64,000 bases of DNA from Acidobacteriota bacterium (GCA_016213695.1 JACQZV010000005.1:9775-73774); one strand, 5' to 3'. Counted from the stretch's first letter, positions 34,222 to 44,491 are shown. Made by a program: numbers and translations. Notes: generated by a model not told the origin, from the sequence alone.

Positions 34222-35355
34222 ATGAGGCGTCGACTTCTCGTGTCACTCGGCGGCGCGGTCGCGGTTGCCGGAGTGCTGAGCGTGACGGCTGTGGCGCAGG
34301 CCCAGCGGCAGTCGCCGCCGGCGGGTGCGGGCCGGACGGCGCCGGCGCCGGCGACGAGCGGAAGAGCCGCACCTGCGGCGAAGCCGGCTGCGGGGCGGAC
34401 GTCCACGGCGCCGCGCACGCCGTGGGGCGATCCTGACCTGCAGGGCATCTGGAATTTTGCGACAAGCACTCCGCTCGAACGGCCTGCCGCACTCGGCGAG
34501 AAGGCGGTGCTGTCGGGTAATGAGGCCGAGCAGTTCGAAGAGACGCTCGCCTACGGCTTGACGCGGGATCGGCGCGACGGCGGCAATGAGGCCGACGTCG
34601 CCCGGGCGTACAACGAGCACTGGATGGACCCGAACCGGCTGAAACTGCTGTCCGACAAGCGAACGTCGCTGGTCATGGATCCGCCCGACGGCCGCATTCC
34701 GCCGCGCGTTCCCCCGACGCCCGAACGGCAGAAGCGGGCGCAGGAGGTGGCGGCGCGGGCGGCGCGCTTCAACGCCGGCCTGCCGCTCAGCGCGCAGGAC
34801 TTCCAGCCGCCGGTCCGCGGGATCATCCGGACGGACATGCCGCCGTATCTGGGCACGATCTACAACAACACCGCGCAGATCTTTCAGAGCCCAGGCTACG
34901 TCGTCATCGAGTTGGAGATGATCCACAGCGCGCGCATCATCCCGATGGACGGGCGTCCGCATCTGGCGTCCGGACTCAAGCAGTGGCTCGGCGACACGCG
35001 CGGCCGCTGGGACGGCAGCACGCTGGTGCTCGAGACGACGAATTTCCGTAATGACATTGGCGCGCTCTATGGGGGCGCCAATGCCGACACCTTCAAGATC
35101 ACCGAGCGCTTCACGCGCGTGGATCCGGACACCCTGACCTACGAGTTCACGATTTCGGACCCGACGACGTGGAGCCGGCCGTGGACAGCGATGGTGCCGT
35201 GGGGTCGGATCAAGCAGCAGTTGTACGAGTACTCGATCCACGAGGAGAACTACGATCTGGTGCACCTGCTGGCGGGCGCCAGGCTGCGCGAGGCCAGGGG
35301 TGAAAAGGTGCCGGCGTCGACGGGGCGTCGTCCCGCCGGCGGCGACGACAGGTAG
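34222..35355 (+). CDS. Exported protein, family B subtype I (copy B2; lacks both conserved Cys)
   Basis: GGAGG precedes ATG 34222. Signal peptide ..VTAVAQAQ. Motifs are TPWGDPDLQGIWN, DKRTSLVMDPPDGRIP, RGRWDGSTLVLETTNF and ERFTR. YEYSIHEENY replaces the Cys-containing motif. Confidence 0.72.
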   Translation: MRRRLLVSLGGAVAVAGVLSVTAVAQAQRQSPPAGAGRTAPAPATSGRAAPAAKPAAGRTSTAPRTPWGDPDLQGIWNFATSTPLERPAALGEKAVLSGNEAEQFEETLAYGLTRDRRDGGNEADVARAYNEHWMDPNRLKLLSDKRTSLVMDPPDGRIPPRVPPTPERQKRAQEVAARAARFNAGLPLSAQDFQPPVRGIIRTDMPPYLGTIYNNTAQIFQSPGYVVIELEMIHSARIIPMDGRPHLASGLKQWLGDTRGRWDGSTLVLETTNFRNDIGALYGGANADTFKITERFTRVDPDTLTYEFTISDPTTWSRPWTAMVPWGRIKQQLYEYSIHEENYDLVHLLAGARLREARGEKVPASTGRRPAGGDDR

Positions 35356-35368
35356 GAGAGGTAGAACG

Positions 35369-35782
35369 ATGCGAACGAGACTCTTCGTGGTGGCGGCGGC
35401 GATCGGCGTGGTGGCGGCGGCGGGATCCGTTGCGGCGCATCACGCGTTCAATTCGGAATTCGATCCGAATAAACCCGTGAAGGTGCAGGGTACGGTCAGC
35501 AAAGTCGAATGGATCAATCCGCATGCCTGGATCCACCTCGAGGTCAAGAAGGCGGACGGCACCGTCGAGAAGTGGATGTTCGAGGCGGGCACGCCGAACA
35601 CGCTCATGCGGCGCGGCCTGACCAAGAACTCGCTGAAGATCGGGACCGAAATCATCGCCGACGGCTACCAGTCCAAAGATGGCATCTGCGAGCCGTCATG
35701 CCGGGCCAATGGCCGCGATCTGACGCTGCCGGACGGGCAGACGCTCTTCCTCGGGTCGGACAGCGGCGGGACGGCGAACTGA
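35369..35782 (+). CDS. Small exported protein, family C (copy C2)
   Basis: Signal peptide MRTRLFVVAAAIGVVAAAGSVAA, then HHAFNSEFD..VSKVEWINPHAW. Confidence 0.7.
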   Translation: MRTRLFVVAAAIGVVAAAGSVAAHHAFNSEFDPNKPVKVQGTVSKVEWINPHAWIHLEVKKADGTVEKWMFEAGTPNTLMRRGLTKNSLKIGTEIIADGYQSKDGICEPSCRANGRDLTLPDGQTLFLGSDSGGTAN

Positions 35783-35824
35783 ATTCGCGTTCGTCCTGGT
35801 CCGCGGGTTCGCGATGGCACTTTG

Positions 35825-35850
35825 GTGGGGGCAGTCTTCCTGGCCCCCAC
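35825..35850 (+). other. Intercistronic stem-loop after C2
   Basis: Perfect 8-bp stem GTGGGGGC / GCCCCCAC with a 10-nt loop in the 196-bp gap 35783-35978. No T-tract follows. Confidence 0.3.
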
Positions 35851-35978
35851 ATCCTTCCCCCTGAAAACGGCCGACGCCGGTGCCGCCGGGGGCCGCAAAC
35901 GGCCCGAAATCATGTAGAATCTCGCCCATCGCCGCCCGCGCCGGCATCCTTGGGGTGGGCGGTTCCCGGAGGTTACTG

Positions 35979-37055
35979 ATGCAGACGCGTACTGTCACCG
36001 CGCCGGCTGTACTGCTGGTCACGCTGGTCGGGCTCTGCGCGGCCGACCTTGCCGCTCAGGCACCTTCTGGTACGAAATCGTTCGACGCGACATCGACAAG
36101 TACCGACGCGGCGATCAAGGCCGCGGCCGAGGCGGCCAGGGCCGCCGCGGCAGCGCGTGCGAACTGGACGCCGCCGCGGACGCCGTGGGGTGATCCAGAC
36201 ATGCGCGGCTACTGGCTGAGCCTCAGCTACACGCCGCTCGAGCGGCCGGCCGCGCTGGCCGGCAAACCGTTCTATACCGAGCAGGAAGCGCTCGCCGCGT
36301 TCAAGAAGGCGGTGGAAGAGGACGCCGAAGTCGATCCGCGCACGGTGCACTACGACTGGAAAGAGTATGGGATGGACGCGTGGCAGAGCCCGGTCCGGCC
36401 GAGTCTCCGCACCGCGCTGGTTGTCGACCCGGCGGACGGTCGCATCCCCGCGCTGACCCCGGAAGGCAGGACGCGGGCGGCGGCGGCCGGCAGGGGAATC
36501 GACGTGCGCAGCAGGGGTTTGTACGAGCGGTGTGTCACCGGGAATCAGGGACCGCCGCGCATCCCGGGCAATCACGACGCCGAGTCGCAGATCATCCAGT
36601 CTCCGGGCTACGTGGTGCTGCTCATGCAGTCGAACAGCGACGTGCGGATCATCCCGGTGGATGGACGCCCGCACGCCCCGTCGAGCGTAAAGTCGTGGCT
36701 CGGAGACTCGCGCGGGCGATGGGAAGGCACGACGCTGGTCATTGACACCATGAATTTTCATCCCGACCGGGAGTGGCGTGGGTCGGCGGGCAACATGCAT
36801 CTGGTCGAGCGGCTGACGCTGGTGGATGCGAAGACGATTGAATACACGTTCACGGTCAGCGATCCGTCCACGTGGACCAAGCCGTGGACCGCGGAAGTGC
36901 CCTGGCCGCGTATCGAGCCCGGGTTGTTCGAGTTCGCGTGCCACGAGCAGAATTACGGCCTGATCAATGTCGTGAAAGGCGCGCAGATCCGCGCGCGTGA
37001 GGCGGCTGAAGGACGTGCGTCTGGCGCACGCGAGACGCCGGAGCGGGATCGCTAG
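35979..37055 (+). CDS. Exported protein, family B subtype II (copy B2')
   Basis: Signal peptide ..CAADLAAQ. Motifs are TDAAIKAAAEAA, WTPPRTPWGDPDMRGYW, FYTEQEALAAFKKAVEEDAEVDPRTVHYDWKEYGMDAWQ, RGRWEGTTLVIDTMNF and FEFACHEQNY. Confidence 0.72.
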   Translation: MQTRTVTAPAVLLVTLVGLCAADLAAQAPSGTKSFDATSTSTDAAIKAAAEAARAAAAARANWTPPRTPWGDPDMRGYWLSLSYTPLERPAALAGKPFYTEQEALAAFKKAVEEDAEVDPRTVHYDWKEYGMDAWQSPVRPSLRTALVVDPADGRIPALTPEGRTRAAAAGRGIDVRSRGLYERCVTGNQGPPRIPGNHDAESQIIQSPGYVVLLMQSNSDVRIIPVDGRPHAPSSVKSWLGDSRGRWEGTTLVIDTMNFHPDREWRGSAGNMHLVERLTLVDAKTIEYTFTVSDPSTWTKPWTAEVPWPRIEPGLFEFACHEQNYGLINVVKGAQIRAREAAEGRASGARETPERDR

Positions 37056-37089
37056 ACCGCCTGATCGTTCAAGGAGACCTGGGAGATCA

Positions 37090-40000
37090 ATGAGAACCGC
37101 GCGGACCGCATCTTTCGTCGTCGTGGCATGGTTCGTATTCGCGCCGGCCGTCGCGTGGGCGCAGAGCAGCATCACGGGAGTGGTGAAGGACGCGTCTGGC
37201 GCGGTGCTGCCCGGTGTGACGGTGGAGGCGGCCAGTCCCGCGCTGATTGAGAAGGTCCGATCTGTAGTGACCGACGGCCAGGGGGTGTACCGAGTCGTGG
37301 ATCTCCGACCCGGTCCGTACACCGTGACGTTCAGCCTTGCCGGCTTCAACACGTTCAGGCGCACCGGCATCGAGCTGCGAGCCGAGTTCACCGCGACCGT
37401 CGACGCCGAGCTCGCGCTCGGATCCCTCGCGGAGACGATTACGGTGTCCGGTCAGGCGCCGCTGGTTGATACCCGCAGCGCCCGCGCGCAGACGCAGTAC
37501 GCCGCCGAGACGCTCCAGTCGCTTCCAGGGACCGGGCGGCTGTCGACGCTGATTTCGGTGCTGCCGGGGGCGGTCCTCAACAACGAAGGCGACCGCGCGT
37601 CCGGCGCGCTGAGCGACCGGTCGCAGACGCGGTTCGCCATTCACGGCGCGCCGAACGCGCAGCCGGTCGTCGACGGCATGAACACCGAGATGGCCGCGTC
37701 GAACACCGGCGTCTTCGTCTGGAACGCCGTTAACTTTCAGGAGGTTGTCGCGGAAACGAGCGGCATCGGGGCCGACCGCGACACGGGCGGCATGCAGTTG
37801 AACATGATCCCGAAGGATGGCGGCAACGTCTTCTCCGGGACGTTCAATCTTGCCTACTCCGGGCCCGACCTGCAGAGCAACAACATCAACGACGAGTTGA
37901 TCGCCCGCGGGCTGGATAGTTCCACGCGGGGCCTGGCGTCCATCAAGAAATTCGTCGAAGCCGCCGGCGGTCTGGGCGGTCCGATCCGGGAGAACAAGGT
38001 GTGGTTCTTCGGCGCGGCGCGCAAGAGCATTACGCAGCAGTATGCCGCCGGCATCTACTGGAATGCGCTGAAGCAGCCCGAGAGCATGCTGTACCAGCCG
38101 GACCTGAGCCGGCCGGCGCACAGCAACGACTTCTATCGCGATTACAGCCTGCGCCTCACCGTGCAGGCGACCGAGAAGCACAAGGTCGTGCTCTCAGGGT
38201 CGTTCCAGCACAACTGCAATTGCGTCTACGCGTTGTTCCGCCCGCAGGGCGGCCCGCTGGTGACACCCGAGGCGGCCACCGCGCACGAGTACGAGCCGAA
38301 TTTCAACGTCACGACCACGTGGACCTACCCTGCGACGAATCGTCTGCTCGTCACGTTCGCCGGAGGCGCGAATCACATCACGCAGACGAACACGCGGGGC
38401 GAGGGCGTCGATGAGAACAGCATCCAGATCACCGAGCAGTCCCTGGACCTGAAGTACGGGGCGGCATACGGTCCGGCCGCCGGCGGCGCGTCCTACTCGT
38501 CGCTGCCACGCCGGCAGTATCACCAGCAGTTCTCGGCCACCTACGTGACCGGGTCGCACAACCTGAAGACGGGGCTCAATCTGCGTGAGGTGCGGACGGG
38601 CGACAACGACAAGTACGGCCGCGACCTCTTCATGGCCAACCGGGCCATTCTGTATACGTTCAACAACCAGCGTCCGGTTTCATTGCAGCTGCTGTCGACG
38701 CCGAATCATTTCGAGGAGTCAGCCCTCGACCTCGCGCTGTATGCGCAGGATCAGTGGACGATTCGCCGAGTGACGATGAGTCTGGGGCTCCGCTACAACG
38801 ACATCGACATGTCCAGCCCGGAGCTGTCGCTCGCACCCGGGTTTTTCGTCCCGGAGCGCCGGATCCCGGCGGCGGAGCACATTCCGCACTGGAGGAACCT
38901 GAGTCCGCGCGTGGGTGCCGCTTACGATCTGTTCGGCACCGGCCGGACGGCGGTCAAGGCGTCGCTCGGCCGCTACCCGGACATCATCCGCGTATCGCCG
39001 GCGAACCCGGCAAGTCAGATGTCGCTCGTCACGAACCGGTCGTGGAATGACAGCCTGTTCGGGGCTGCGGATCGGCGGAGCGGCAACTTTGCACCCGACT
39101 GCGATCTCCTGGACCCGGTGGCCAACGGTGAGTGCGGCGCCTGGTCGGACCGCAACTTCGGCCGGCAGAGGCTGTCGACCCGGAACGCCCCCGATTCCCT
39201 CGAGGGACTCAACAAGCAGTTCTACAACTGGCAGGCGTCGGTCACGCTCCAGCACGAATTGACCGAGGGCCTCGCCCTGAACGTCGGGTATTTCCGCACG
39301 TGGTACGGCGGCTTTCTCGTGACCAACAATGAGGCTGTGCCCGCCGCCGGGTACGACTCCTACTGCATTACCGCGCCGACCGATTCGCGGCTGCCCGGAG
39401 GCGGCGGCAACCAGATCTGCGGCCTGTACGATATCAATCCAGGATTTTTCGGCCGCGTCGACAACCTCGTGACGCAGTCCTCGAATTTCGGTGGCGGCCA
39501 GAAGCAGGTGTACAACGGCGTCGATCTGACGCTGAACGGCCGGTTCGGCGAGGGCGGGCAGTTTTCGGGCGGCGTCAGTATGGGCCGCACCATGACGGAT
39601 AACTGCTACGCCAACGACAACGCGTCACTCACGGCTCCCGTCTTTCTGAACGTGCTCGCGCCACCGGCGACCTCAACGGTGCCGAGAACCTCGCAGTTCT
39701 GCCATATCACGCCGCCCTGGTCCTCTGGGACGCAGCTGAAGTTCCTGGCTGTCTATCCGCTCCCGTGGGATCTGGAGACGAGCGCGATCTTCCAGAACAG
39801 CCCCGGCGTGCCGATTACCGCAAGCTACGTTGTCACCAACGCCCAGGTCAGAGCGGCGCTTGGCCGCAACCTGGCGGCGTGTCCGAGTCAGACCGTGGCG
39901 ACGTGTACGCAGACCGTCCGCACTGAATTGATTCCGCAGAACACGATGTTCGAGCCGCGGCTGACGCAGGTGGACGTGCGGGTGTCGCGTCTGTTTCGCC

Positions 40001-40161
40001 TTGGTGGGACGTCGCGGCTGCGGGGGAATCTGGATATCTATAACCTCTTCAATACGAGCAGCGTCCTCAGCATGACGCCGACCTACGGCGCTGCCTGGCT
40101 GAACGCCGCTCAGGTTCTGAGTGCACGGTTGTTGAGAGTCAGCGCACAGCTCGACTTCTGA
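37090..40161 (+). CDS. TonB-dependent receptor with carboxypeptidase-regulatory-like domain (TBDR3)
   Basis: ATG 37090 gives signal peptide ..APAVAWAQ. The CarboxypepD_reg-like block is GVVKDASGAVLPGVTVEAASPALIEK..YRVVDLRPGPYTVTFSLAGFNTF. It ends ..LRVSAQLDF. Confidence 0.85.
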   Translation: MRTARTASFVVVAWFVFAPAVAWAQSSITGVVKDASGAVLPGVTVEAASPALIEKVRSVVTDGQGVYRVVDLRPGPYTVTFSLAGFNTFRRTGIELRAEFTATVDAELALGSLAETITVSGQAPLVDTRSARAQTQYAAETLQSLPGTGRLSTLISVLPGAVLNNEGDRASGALSDRSQTRFAIHGAPNAQPVVDGMNTEMAASNTGVFVWNAVNFQEVVAETSGIGADRDTGGMQLNMIPKDGGNVFSGTFNLAYSGPDLQSNNINDELIARGLDSSTRGLASIKKFVEAAGGLGGPIRENKVWFFGAARKSITQQYAAGIYWNALKQPESMLYQPDLSRPAHSNDFYRDYSLRLTVQATEKHKVVLSGSFQHNCNCVYALFRPQGGPLVTPEAATAHEYEPNFNVTTTWTYPATNRLLVTFAGGANHITQTNTRGEGVDENSIQITEQSLDLKYGAAYGPAAGGASYSSLPRRQYHQQFSATYVTGSHNLKTGLNLREVRTGDNDKYGRDLFMANRAILYTFNNQRPVSLQLLSTPNHFEESALDLALYAQDQWTIRRVTMSLGLRYNDIDMSSPELSLAPGFFVPERRIPAAEHIPHWRNLSPRVGAAYDLFGTGRTAVKASLGRYPDIIRVSPANPASQMSLVTNRSWNDSLFGAADRRSGNFAPDCDLLDPVANGECGAWSDRNFGRQRLSTRNAPDSLEGLNKQFYNWQASVTLQHELTEGLALNVGYFRTWYGGFLVTNNEAVPAAGYDSYCITAPTDSRLPGGGGNQICGLYDINPGFFGRVDNLVTQSSNFGGGQKQVYNGVDLTLNGRFGEGGQFSGGVSMGRTMTDNCYANDNASLTAPVFLNVLAPPATSTVPRTSQFCHITPPWSSGTQLKFLAVYPLPWDLETSAIFQNSPGVPITASYVVTNAQVRAALGRNLAACPSQTVATCTQTVRTELIPQNTMFEPRLTQVDVRVSRLFRLGGTSRLRGNLDIYNLFNTSSVLSMTPTYGAAWLNAAQVLSARLLRVSAQLDF

Positions 40162-40190
40162 GCGGTGGCGCAGGGAAGCGGAGGCAGGGA

Positions 40191-41135
40191 ATGCGAACGG
40201 GATTGAACGGCTTGGCAGTCGCGACTGCGATAACGATCGGAGTGCTCTGGGTGACCGAGGTGCCGGCGCCGGGCCAGGGTCGGGGCCAGGCTCAGCCCGC
40301 CCAGGGGCGAGGTCAAGCTCAGCCTGCCCAGGGGCGAGGTCAGGCGCAGGCGCCGGCCGGCGGGCTGGCGCGGACCGAGGACGGCAAGCCGAACCTGAAT
40401 GGGATCTGGCAGGCGATGACGTCGGCCAACTGGAACATCGAGGCCCACGGCGCCGAACCCGGCCCGCATCCGGAGATCATGGGCGCGTGGGGAGCCCAGC
40501 CGGGCGGACTGGGCATCGTCGAAGGGGGAACAATCCCCTATAAGCCTGAGGCGCTGGCCCAAAGGCAGGCAAACCTGAAGAACCGGACGCTGGTGAAGAT
40601 CACGAACGATCCGCACCGTTTCGACACCGGTGACCCCGAGTTGCAGTGCTTCCGGCCCGGTGTGCCGCGCGCGAACTACATGCCGTTTCCGTTCCAGATC
40701 TTCCAGACCCGCGAGCAGATCCTGATCGTGTACGAATACAAGGGGTCGCACCGGACGGTGTACATGGATCCGCACCTGGAAGCTCCGGTGGATTCCTGGA
40801 TGGGATGGTCAAACGGCCGGTGGGAGGGCGACTCGCTCGTGATCGACGTGACGGGCTTCAACGGCCACACGTGGTTCGATCGCGCTGGCAACTTCGCGAC
40901 CGACACCCTGCACGTGGTGGAGCGTTTCACGCCGAAGGGCCCCAATCACATCATGTACGAAGCGACGCTTGAAGACCCGGCTGTCTTCACGAGGCCCTGG
41001 AAGGTCAGCTTCCCGATTTACCGGCACGTGGAGCCGAACGCACAGCTGGTAGAATTCAACTGCGTACCATTTGTGGAAGAAATGATGTATACACCTCTCG
41101 GACTGTACAACCCGCCGAATCGATCGTCGCGGTGA
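40191..41135 (+). CDS. Exported protein, family A (copy A3, with N-terminal tandem repeat)
   Basis: Motifs DGKPNLNGIWQ, GDPELQCFRPGVPR, GWSNGRWEGDSLVIDVTG, HVVERFT, EDPAVFTRPWKVSFPIYRH and EFNCVPF. Confidence 0.75.
   Translation: MRTGLNGLAVATAITIGVLWVTEVPAPGQGRGQAQPAQGRGQAQPAQGRGQAQAPAGGLARTEDGKPNLNGIWQAMTSANWNIEAHGAEPGPHPEIMGAWGAQPGGLGIVEGGTIPYKPEALAQRQANLKNRTLVKITNDPHRFDTGDPELQCFRPGVPRANYMPFPFQIFQTREQILIVYEYKGSHRTVYMDPHLEAPVDSWMGWSNGRWEGDSLVIDVTGFNGHTWFDRAGNFATDTLHVVERFTPKGPNHIMYEATLEDPAVFTRPWKVSFPIYRHVEPNAQLVEFNCVPFVEEMMYTPLGLYNPPNRSSR
40275..40355 (+). repeat. 27-bp in-frame tandem repeat x3 (QGRGQAQPA) in A3
   Basis: The protein reads GQGRGQAQPAQGRGQAQPAQGRGQAQAP. The nucleotide copies differ at a few synonymous or near-synonymous positions. 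Confidence 0.8.
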
Positions 41136-41149
41136 GGAGGTTAACTAGC

Positions 41150-42298
41150 ATGCGGACCCGGATTCTCCGAGCAGCGAGTGCCGTCACCCTGGTGACGGTG
41201 GTGGCCATGTGGGTGGCGGTTCTGGTCGCCCAGGCGCCAACCGGCGCGAAGCCTGATCCGAAGAACCCCTTCGATACCGACGCGGCGATCAAGGCCGGGG
41301 CGGATGTGGCCAAGAGGGAAGCCGCGCTCAGGAACTTCGTGCCACCGCGTACGGCATGGGGCGACCCGGACCTGCGTGGCTTGTGGCTGACGGCCACCTA
41401 CACGCCGCTCCAGCGCCCGGCGGAACTTGCCAACAAGCCGCTCTATACCGAGGAAGAGGCGGTTGCCGCGTTCAAGAAGGCTGTCGAGGCCGATGCGGAA
41501 GTGGACCCGAGGACGGTCCACTACGACTGGAAGGAATACAGCATGGACGCGTGGCAGGGAGGCGCGAGGCCGAGCCTGCATACGTCGCTCATCGTTGACC
41601 CGGCGAGCGGCCGGTTGCCTGGGCTGGTGGCCGAGGCCCAGCAGCGCCGGGCCGCCGCGGGCGCCGCCGCCAAGCAGCGGGATCCGGCGGCGGGGGTGCG
41701 GACGTTCGGCAACTTGTACACGCGCTGCGTGCTCGGTCTTGGCGCCCTGCCGCTCGTGCGCGGCGGTCAGCCCGGGGCCGACTCGGCGGCCGCGGCCGCG
41801 GGCGTGACGGCGGAGGCTCTGTTCTTCCAGAGCCCCGGCTTCGTGACGATTGTGATGCAGTCGAACAACGACGTGCGAATTATTCCGGTCAACGGCGGCG
41901 CCCACCTTCCCGACCAGGTGCGGACCTGGCTGGGTGATTCACGCGGACACTGGGAGGGCAACACCCTGGTCGTCGAGACGACGAATTTCAACAACAAGGC
42001 GCCGGCGACGAACTTCCAGGGCTCTACCGAGTCGCTCAAGATTGTCGAACGTTTCACGCGCGCGGGCCCGAACACGCTGCACTACGCTTACACCGTGAGC
42101 GATCCGCGGACATGGAGCAGCCCCTGGTCGGTGGAAGCGGAGATGCCGCGCGTGGAGCCTGAAATCCTGTATGAATTCGCCTGTCATGAGCAGAATTACG
42201 GGTTGATCAATGTTGTGACGGGCACGCAGATTCGGGAGCGCGAAGCAGCGGCCCGGGGCGGAGCCGCCGCGCGGCCGACCGACGGCGGCGAGCGGTAA
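41150..42298 (+). CDS. Exported protein, family B subtype II (copy B3)
   Basis: Motifs TDAAIKAGADVA, PPRTAWGDPDLRGLW, YTEEEAVAAFKKAVEADAEVDPRTVHYDWKEYSMDAWQ, RGHWEGNTLVVETTNF, VERFTR and YEFACHEQNY. An alternative start is at 41132. Confidence 0.72.
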   Translation: MRTRILRAASAVTLVTVVAMWVAVLVAQAPTGAKPDPKNPFDTDAAIKAGADVAKREAALRNFVPPRTAWGDPDLRGLWLTATYTPLQRPAELANKPLYTEEEAVAAFKKAVEADAEVDPRTVHYDWKEYSMDAWQGGARPSLHTSLIVDPASGRLPGLVAEAQQRRAAAGAAAKQRDPAAGVRTFGNLYTRCVLGLGALPLVRGGQPGADSAAAAAGVTAEALFFQSPGFVTIVMQSNNDVRIIPVNGGAHLPDQVRTWLGDSRGHWEGNTLVVETTNFNNKAPATNFQGSTESLKIVERFTRAGPNTLHYAYTVSDPRTWSSPWSVEAEMPRVEPEILYEFACHEQNYGLINVVTGTQIREREAAARGGAAARPTDGGER

Positions 42299-42322
42299 TC
42301 AGCGTAAGGAAGGGAGCGCCAC

Positions 42323-43459
42323 ATGCAGATTCCGATGCTCCGGATTTCGGCGGGCGCGATGGTCGCCGGCGCGCTCGTTGCGAGCGCCGCGGTCCTGAGC
42401 GCGCAGACGCCGTCCGGCGGCCGGGCGGCGGGGCAGAAGACGACGAGCACTGACGCGGCGATCAAGGCCGGCGCCGAGGCAGCCCGCGCCGAGGCGGCGC
42501 TGAAGAACTGGACACCCCCACGGACGCCGTGGGGTGAGCCCGATCTGCGGGGCGTGTGGCACCTGGCCACCTATACACCCCTGCAGCGACCCCGCGAGCT
42601 GGCGAACAAGGCGTTTTACACCGAAGAAGAAGCCATTTCCGCGTTCAAGAGGGCGGTGGAGCTTGACGCGGAGGTCGATCCGAGAACAGTGCACTACGAC
42701 TGGAAGGAATACGGGATGGACGCGTGGCAGGGCGGCGCCAGGCCCAATCTGCGGACGTCGCTCATCGTCGACCCGGCGGACGGTCGGTTGCCGCCCCGCA
42801 CGGCGGAGGCGCGGGAGCGCGAAACCGCCCGCGCCGCGGCTGAGAAGCTGCGGGATCCGGCGGCAGGCATCCGTACCCTTGGCAACACCTACACGCGGTG
42901 CATCCTGGGTAATGGAGCCATTCCGCTCGTCCGCGGTGGCAATCCGGGATCGGAAGGGTCCGCCGGCGGCGTGACCGCTGAAGCGCAGTTCTTCCAGAGC
43001 CCTGGATATCTGACCATCGTGACGCAGTCGAACAACGACATTCGTATCATCCCGCTCGACGGACGGCCGCACGTACCCTCAACAGTTCGCCAGTGGTGGG
43101 GGGATGCGCGTGGCCACTGGGAAGGGAGTACACTGGTCGTCGAGACGACGAATTTCAACGACAGGGCGCCGGCGACGAATTTCCTGGGGTCGACCGATGC
43201 CTTGCAGGTGGTTGAACGTTTCACGCTGATCGCCCCGAACACGATCCGATACGAGTACACGATGACGGATCCGAAAACGTGGACGCGGCCCTGGTCGGTC
43301 GAGACAACGATGCCTCGAATCGAACCGTCGATCGTGTATGAATTTGCCTGTCACGAGCAGAATTACGGCGTGATCAATGTGGTGAAGGGCACGCAGATTC
43401 GGGAACGCGAAACCGCCGCGACGGGCGCCACACCCTCGGCGGGCGGCTATGAACGGTAA
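42323..43459 (+). CDS. Exported protein, family B subtype II (copy B3')
   Basis: Motifs TDAAIKAGAEAA, WTPPRTPWGEPDLRGVW, FYTEEEAISAFKRAVELDAEVDPRTVHYDWKEYGMDAWQ, RGHWEGSTLVVETTNF, VERFT and YEFACHEQNY. Confidence 0.72.
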   Translation: MQIPMLRISAGAMVAGALVASAAVLSAQTPSGGRAAGQKTTSTDAAIKAGAEAARAEAALKNWTPPRTPWGEPDLRGVWHLATYTPLQRPRELANKAFYTEEEAISAFKRAVELDAEVDPRTVHYDWKEYGMDAWQGGARPNLRTSLIVDPADGRLPPRTAEARERETARAAAEKLRDPAAGIRTLGNTYTRCILGNGAIPLVRGGNPGSEGSAGGVTAEAQFFQSPGYLTIVTQSNNDIRIIPLDGRPHVPSTVRQWWGDARGHWEGSTLVVETTNFNDRAPATNFLGSTDALQVVERFTLIAPNTIRYEYTMTDPKTWTRPWSVETTMPRIEPSIVYEFACHEQNYGVINVVKGTQIRERETAATGATPSAGGYER

Positions 43460-43499
43460 CCTGTCATCAACGGGAACGTACGACAAAGGAAGGAGCACC

Positions 43500-43937
43500 A
43501 TGCGGATCACATTCAGGCTCGTTGGCGCGGCTGTCGCACTCGGTTTGCTGCTGGCTGCGGTGCCAGTGAGTGCGCACCACTCGTTTGCTGCCGCGTTTGA
43601 CGAAAACAAGCCGATTAACCTGCAGGGGAAGGTCAGCAAGCTCGAGCTCGTCAACCCGCACGCGTGGATCTGGGTCGACGTGGTCGGTGCCGACGGCAAG
43701 GTGACCACCTGGGGCATCGAGGGTGGACCTCCGACCAACCTGCTGAGGAACGGCATCACGAAGTTCAGCCTGCCGCTCGGAACCGAAGTCAAGCTGTTCG
43801 GCTATCAGGCCAAGAGCGGCGAGTCGAAGGGCGTCGGCGTGTTCGTCGAGTATCTGGACGGCCGGAAGGTGTTCATGGGCGGCTCAGCCCCGGGCGCCGA
43901 CGGCAACGCGGCGACGACGACGTCGCAGAACCGCTAG
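43500..43937 (+). CDS. Small exported protein, family C (copy C3)
   Basis: AAGGAAGGAG precedes ATG 43500. Signal peptide MRITFRLVGAAVALGLLLAAVPVSA, then HHSFAAAFD..VSKLELVNPHAW. Confidence 0.7.
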   Translation: MRITFRLVGAAVALGLLLAAVPVSAHHSFAAAFDENKPINLQGKVSKLELVNPHAWIWVDVVGADGKVTTWGIEGGPPTNLLRNGITKFSLPLGTEVKLFGYQAKSGESKGVGVFVEYLDGRKVFMGGSAPGADGNAATTTSQNR

Positions 43938-43985
43938 ATCGCGGGTACGCGCGATTTCGTTCGGGGCGGGGCCCTGGCGCCATCC

Positions 43986-44489
43986 GTGTCGCTCTTTCGT
44001 CTCTGTGAGTGGCTGGCGAACACCTCCGGGAGCATCGCGCTCCACGAGTCGCGCTACGTCTTCCTCGTCGTTCTGACGGTTCACGTCCTCACCCTGGCGG
44101 TCTTCGCCGGGACGGCCGTGATGATCGACCTCCGGCTGTTGGGGGTGGCGATGATGCGCGTGCCGGCGTCGGAAGTCATCGGGCGGCTCCTGCCCTGGAG
44201 CGGGGCGGGACTCCTCGTGATGATGACGTCGGGCGCGCTGCTTTTTTATGCGGCCCCGCTTGCCAGGTATGAGAACGTCTTCTTCCGCATGAAGATGGCG
44301 GCGCTGGCGTTGGCCCTCCTGAATGTCTGGCTCTTCCAACGGACCGTGTACCGAAGAGTCGGGGAGTGGGACGCAGACGCCGTCCCACCGGGTGCCGTGC
44401 GTGTGGCCGGAGGGCTGTCCCTGCTGCTCTGGGCATTCATCATCACGACCGGGCGCATGATGGCGTATCAGGACTACTGGTTCAACTGA
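43986..44489 (+). CDS. Four-TM membrane protein D1 (resembles what I recall as DUF6644)
   Basis: GTG start. The protein has hydrophobic helices and the motif HESRYVFLVVLTVHVLTLAVFAGTAVMIDLRLLG. It is a paralog of the next gene. Confidence 0.6.
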   Translation: MSLFRLCEWLANTSGSIALHESRYVFLVVLTVHVLTLAVFAGTAVMIDLRLLGVAMMRVPASEVIGRLLPWSGAGLLVMMTSGALLFYAAPLARYENVFFRMKMAALALALLNVWLFQRTVYRRVGEWDADAVPPGAVRVAGGLSLLLWAFIITTGRMMAYQDYWFN

Positions 44490-44491
44490 CC

